Of a stretch of DNA of 64,000 nt, positions 61,010 to 64,000 are shown piece after piece; positions within the stretch are counted from its first letter, which is position 1, and the number at the start of each line of letters is the position of its first letter. Made by a program: the position numbers and the translations under genes. This DNA is from Promethearchaeota archaeon (GTDB lineage: Archaea; Asgardarchaeota; Lokiarchaeia; Sigyniarchaeales; SOKP01). The notes beneath the pieces were generated by a model. The model did no database searches, was not told the DNA's origin, and saw nothing but the letters and a program-made list of their open reading frames with translations. The stretch lies in assembly GCA_029838195.1 (NCBI GenBank), contig JALGVJ010000001.1, positions 32,001-96,000 of the forward strand, in the 5' to 3' direction.

Positions 61010-61058
61010 TTCCTTACATGATTCCGGATTAAATCTCTTGATCACTGGTTGACATGCT
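61010..61058 (+). promoter_or_regulatory. Candidate eukaryote-like SECIS element
   Basis: ATGA (61018-21), stem CCGGATT/GATC(AC)TGG, apical AAA (61031-33), TGAC (61050-53); 22 nt after the last stop of the hdrA-mvhD-frhB unit. Lower helix weak. Confidence 0.55.
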
Positions 61059-61223
61059 CCACCATTTTCTCTCATTGAACTAACCAGCTACAAAAAAGAA
61101 TTCTCACCCTCCTTACCTCTAAACGAAAAGCATTGCAAAATTTTAAAATCATGATTTTTAACTAATGTATTTTTTTTAAAGTTAATTTAGTTCCTAAAAA
61201 ATTAATAAAATTGAATAATAATT

Positions 61224-62594
61224 ATGAATGAACAAGGATTTAGTAAATGGCAAAAATGGAGCTTCGGAATGGGGTCCTTCGCTCAATGGTTCGTAATGAG
61301 CGCTTTTAATACGTGGGTCTTCACGTTTTACTTTTCCGCTGTTAAATTGAATGTGAATCTCATAATGCTTGCTTATATTACCTGGACGATCTGGAATGCT
61401 ATTAATGACCCTTTACTGGGATATATCTCGGATAGGACTCGAACGCGATGGGGGAGAAGGAAACCTTTCATAATTCTAGGAACCATCCCTGTTTTAATAA
61501 TTGAGATAATCTTATGGATTCCTCCTACGGGTAACCCAATATATACTTTTATTTATTTACTCATCATGCTAATCTGCTACGATACATTTTATACCATGAT
61601 CACTTTTTTCGATGCATTATTTCCTGAATTGTATGTTTCCGTAGAGGAGCGAGCAGAAGTAAACACCATCAAGCAAATTCTAGCCACGGTTGGCTTGCTC
61701 TTTGCATATTTAATTCCGGGTATTTTCATAGGAGATCTTACTGTAAAAGAGGGTTATTTAATAAATGGACTTGTTACGTCCATTATCGTGGGCATTTCCT
61801 TATTTATAGCGATTTATTGGGGCGTGAGAGAAAAGGAGGAATTTAAATTTGACCATCAGCATGAATTCAATTTTTTCGAGGGTTTAAAATATGCTTTCAA
61901 GAATAGAGGTTTTGTACTTTACACCATCATGTTTTTTCTCTATGAATACATTCTCCTGGTATTAGGTACGACAGTTCCGCTCTATGCGACCCATGTTCTT
62001 CACGTGAGCAATACGTTTCAGATTTCCCTACTCCTTGGCGTCATGTTCGTAGTGGGTGTTTTAACCGTGCCTATTTGGAGAAAGCTGGATGTAAAAATGG
62101 GTAGTAAAAGAGCATATGGTGTTTCCCTCGTGGCATATCTCCTCACTACCGTCCCTCTCTTGGTTGTTGCAGATTTTCAATCGGCCATTATTACCGTCGT
62201 GTTCATGGGGTTCGGTTTCGGTGGAATGCTTTATTTTATTTATTTAATCATTGCGGATGTCATTGATGAGGATGAATTGCGTACGGGTGTTAGAAGAGAA
62301 GGTACGTTTTTCGGGGTAACGAATTTTTTCATGCGATTAGCCATGATATTATCCATCATAACGGTCGGCATGGTTTTTAACACCACGGGTTGGGAAGAAT
62401 ATGTTCCCAATCCCAATGTCAATGTCATTCTTGGATTAAAACTCTTGGTATTCTTGTTTCCAGCGCTTGCAATTGTTGTTACAATGATTTGTTTATATTT
62501 TTACCCTTTTCCTAAGGAAAAAGTTGAACAAATGAAAAAACAACTCGAAGAATTACATGCTAAGAAAAGAGAAAGAATCCTTTCGAATCAATAA
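61224..62594 (+). CDS. MFS transporter, GPH/MelB-like
   Basis: WNAINDPL.G.ISDRTRTRWGRRKPF, AD.IDEDE..TG.RREG.FFG. Confidence 0.92.
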   Translation: MNEQGFSKWQKWSFGMGSFAQWFVMSAFNTWVFTFYFSAVKLNVNLIMLAYITWTIWNAINDPLLGYISDRTRTRWGRRKPFIILGTIPVLIIEIILWIPPTGNPIYTFIYLLIMLICYDTFYTMITFFDALFPELYVSVEERAEVNTIKQILATVGLLFAYLIPGIFIGDLTVKEGYLINGLVTSIIVGISLFIAIYWGVREKEEFKFDHQHEFNFFEGLKYAFKNRGFVLYTIMFFLYEYILLVLGTTVPLYATHVLHVSNTFQISLLLGVMFVVGVLTVPIWRKLDVKMGSKRAYGVSLVAYLLTTVPLLVVADFQSAIITVVFMGFGFGGMLYFIYLIIADVIDEDELRTGVRREGTFFGVTNFFMRLAMILSIITVGMVFNTTGWEEYVPNPNVNVILGLKLLVFLFPALAIVVTMICLYFYPFPKEKVEQMKKQLEELHAKKRERILSNQ

Positions 62595-62634
62595 ATAATT
62601 TTAATTTCTCCGTTTTTATTTATTCCCTTACATG

Positions 62635-62658
62635 AACCCCCGTTTTTTTCCAGAGGTT
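62635..62658 (-). terminator. Hairpin downstream of the gamma-lyase gene
   Basis: Minus strand AACCUCUG-GAAAAAAA-CGGGGGUU (8 bp with G-U), after a U-rich tract, between convergent genes. Confidence 0.35.
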
Positions 62659-62673
62659 AATAAAAGAAAAAAA

Positions 62674-63954
62674 TTAAATTTTTGAAAGAGCTTGATCGAA
62701 ATCTTCAATTATATCCTCGGGATCTTCAAGTCCTACCGAAAAGCGGAAATGGGTGGGCGGAATGTTCATGGATCTCTTTTCCCAAGAGGCCAGGTCGATG
62801 CCCGTCATGAAAGGAGTAAATTGAATTAAGGATGTGCTGTCGCCCAAAGAAACGCCTACTTTAATTAATTTGAAATTTTCCATCAATTTTTTACAATCTT
62901 CTTCATTGCTTACTTCAAATCCAATCATCCCCCCGAAATGCTTCATTTGTTTTTTAGCTATTTCATGACCAGGATGCGATTCTAAGCCGGGATACATGAC
63001 TTTTGAGACCTTGGGGTGGTTCTCTAAATATCGACTTATTTCCATTGCATTCCGGGAGTGGCGTTCCATTCTCATGCCTAACGTGCGCATGCCACGGAGA
63101 ATGAGCCAAGCGTTAAAAGGACTGAGCACTTGTCCCTGAAGCTCTTGCCAAAAATATCGGATGTTCCTGATATGATTTTTTTCGCCAATTATGGCCCCGC
63201 CTAAGACGTCTCCGTGCCCATTTATGTATTTAGTCAAGCTCTCCACGACCAAATCCGCACCTAAGTCCAAGGGACGCTGTAGCGCCGGGGAGGCCCATGT
63301 ATTGTCCACGATCAATTTTCCGCCCACCTCATGAATTAAGGCAGCACATGCCTCTATATCAATGACATCAACGGTGGGATTGGCCGGTGTTTCGAAAAAG
63401 AGTAATTTGGTATTCTCGTCAATCGCTTTTTCCAATGCATTTAAATCCGTGAGGTCCACGCGCTTGGTCTGAATTCCTAATTGACAGTAAAGATTCGTAA
63501 AAAGCCTATAAGAACCCGTGTATTGATTTAAATGCGTTATCATGTTAGGAATGGCATCGGGCGTTGATTGAGGATAGTATTTTTTTATTTTTTCCGGGCG
63601 GATGCGTTCCAAACGCTCTTGCAGCACGCTGGAACATGCTAAGTGAACGGCGGCCATCCCTGATGCTACTGAAATTGTCGCCTCTCCCCCGTGGAGTACC
63701 GCTAATTTCTCATCAAGGGCATAAAGCGTGGGATTTTCCGTTCTCGAATAAAAATAGTGATTTTGAAGTAATTCTGATAAAGTCGCATAGGTATACGATT
63801 TTGTCGCATAAATGGGCGTTCTCAACCCATGAGAAGTTTCCGGATAAGGATCTTCTCCGGCTCGAATTGCTTGAGTGTCGAACCTCATGGCTGCCCAAGC
63901 CTGGCGAGTCTTTTCTCGTTCTTGAACGTCGTCTTTCTTTTCTTGTTCACTCAT
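62674..63954 (-). CDS. Cys/Met metabolism PLP enzyme (methionine gamma-lyase / cystathionine gamma-synthase family)
   Basis: YSR..NPT, SGMAA, ETPANPT, DNTWASP, SLTKY.NGH.D, VSLGD..SL, R.SVGLE. Confidence 0.92.
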   Translation of the reverse strand: MSEQEKKDDVQEREKTRQAWAAMRFDTQAIRAGEDPYPETSHGLRTPIYATKSYTYATLSELLQNHYFYSRTENPTLYALDEKLAVLHGGEATISVASGMAAVHLACSSVLQERLERIRPEKIKKYYPQSTPDAIPNMITHLNQYTGSYRLFTNLYCQLGIQTKRVDLTDLNALEKAIDENTKLLFFETPANPTVDVIDIEACAALIHEVGGKLIVDNTWASPALQRPLDLGADLVVESLTKYINGHGDVLGGAIIGEKNHIRNIRYFWQELQGQVLSPFNAWLILRGMRTLGMRMERHSRNAMEISRYLENHPKVSKVMYPGLESHPGHEIAKKQMKHFGGMIGFEVSNEEDCKKLMENFKLIKVGVSLGDSTSLIQFTPFMTGIDLASWEKRSMNIPPTHFRFSVGLEDPEDIIEDFDQALSKI

Positions 63955-64000
63955 TTTTTATCACTTTTTTATATCATGATGATTAAATTTAATTTTTAAA

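Noticed and set aside
54563-63954. serS and the PLP gamma-lyase as dedicated selenium-pathway genes
   Set aside because: Both are ordinary housekeeping families; proximity to hdrA is the only evidence.
392-63986. Many short ORFs in the track overlapping long genes (e.g. 392-583, 3520-3786, 9875-10183, 30203-30535, 57299-57526, 63564-63986)
   Set aside because: Antisense or out-of-frame shadows of well-supported CDSs, with no motifs.

Overview
AT-rich archaeal chromosome segment. The gene content points to an Asgard archaeon of Lokiarchaeia/Promethearchaeota type (inference): Rag-like and Rab-like small GTPases, eS25, a Bud23-like methyltransferase, an archaeal histone, an intron-containing tRNA-Ser(CGA), CofC, and HdrA/MvhD/FrhB. 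Main result: the ORF track splits a selenoprotein operon. hdrA (56899-58908) has two in-frame TGA codons and mvhD/vhuD (58927-59379) has one, all at conserved Cys positions. A eukaryote-like SECIS candidate (AUGA...AAA...UGAC) sits after the third, Sec-free gene (frhB-like), and a second structured RNA overlaps the vhuD stop. Other points: a histone with a Lys/Pro/Ala tail behind a 1.1-kb non-coding region with repeated CATGAAAAA; a ThiI-like protein lacking its PP-loop next to a ubiquitin-like sulfur carrier; a 42-bp tandem repeat inside a coiled-coil/Zn-ribbon gene; a ~3.2-kb cargo (IS607 remnant, GT-C glycosyltransferase, homocitrate-synthase fragment) between diverged direct repeats; and a sugar/sulfate catabolic region (GH20, sulfatase, KdgK-BKACE-SDR, the SDR with an apparent ATT start). 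The ORF track also missed a large DUF2341 surface protein at the left edge and a 56-aa partner of a nucleotidyltransferase. All calls come from motif recognition by eye; no searches or folding programs were run.
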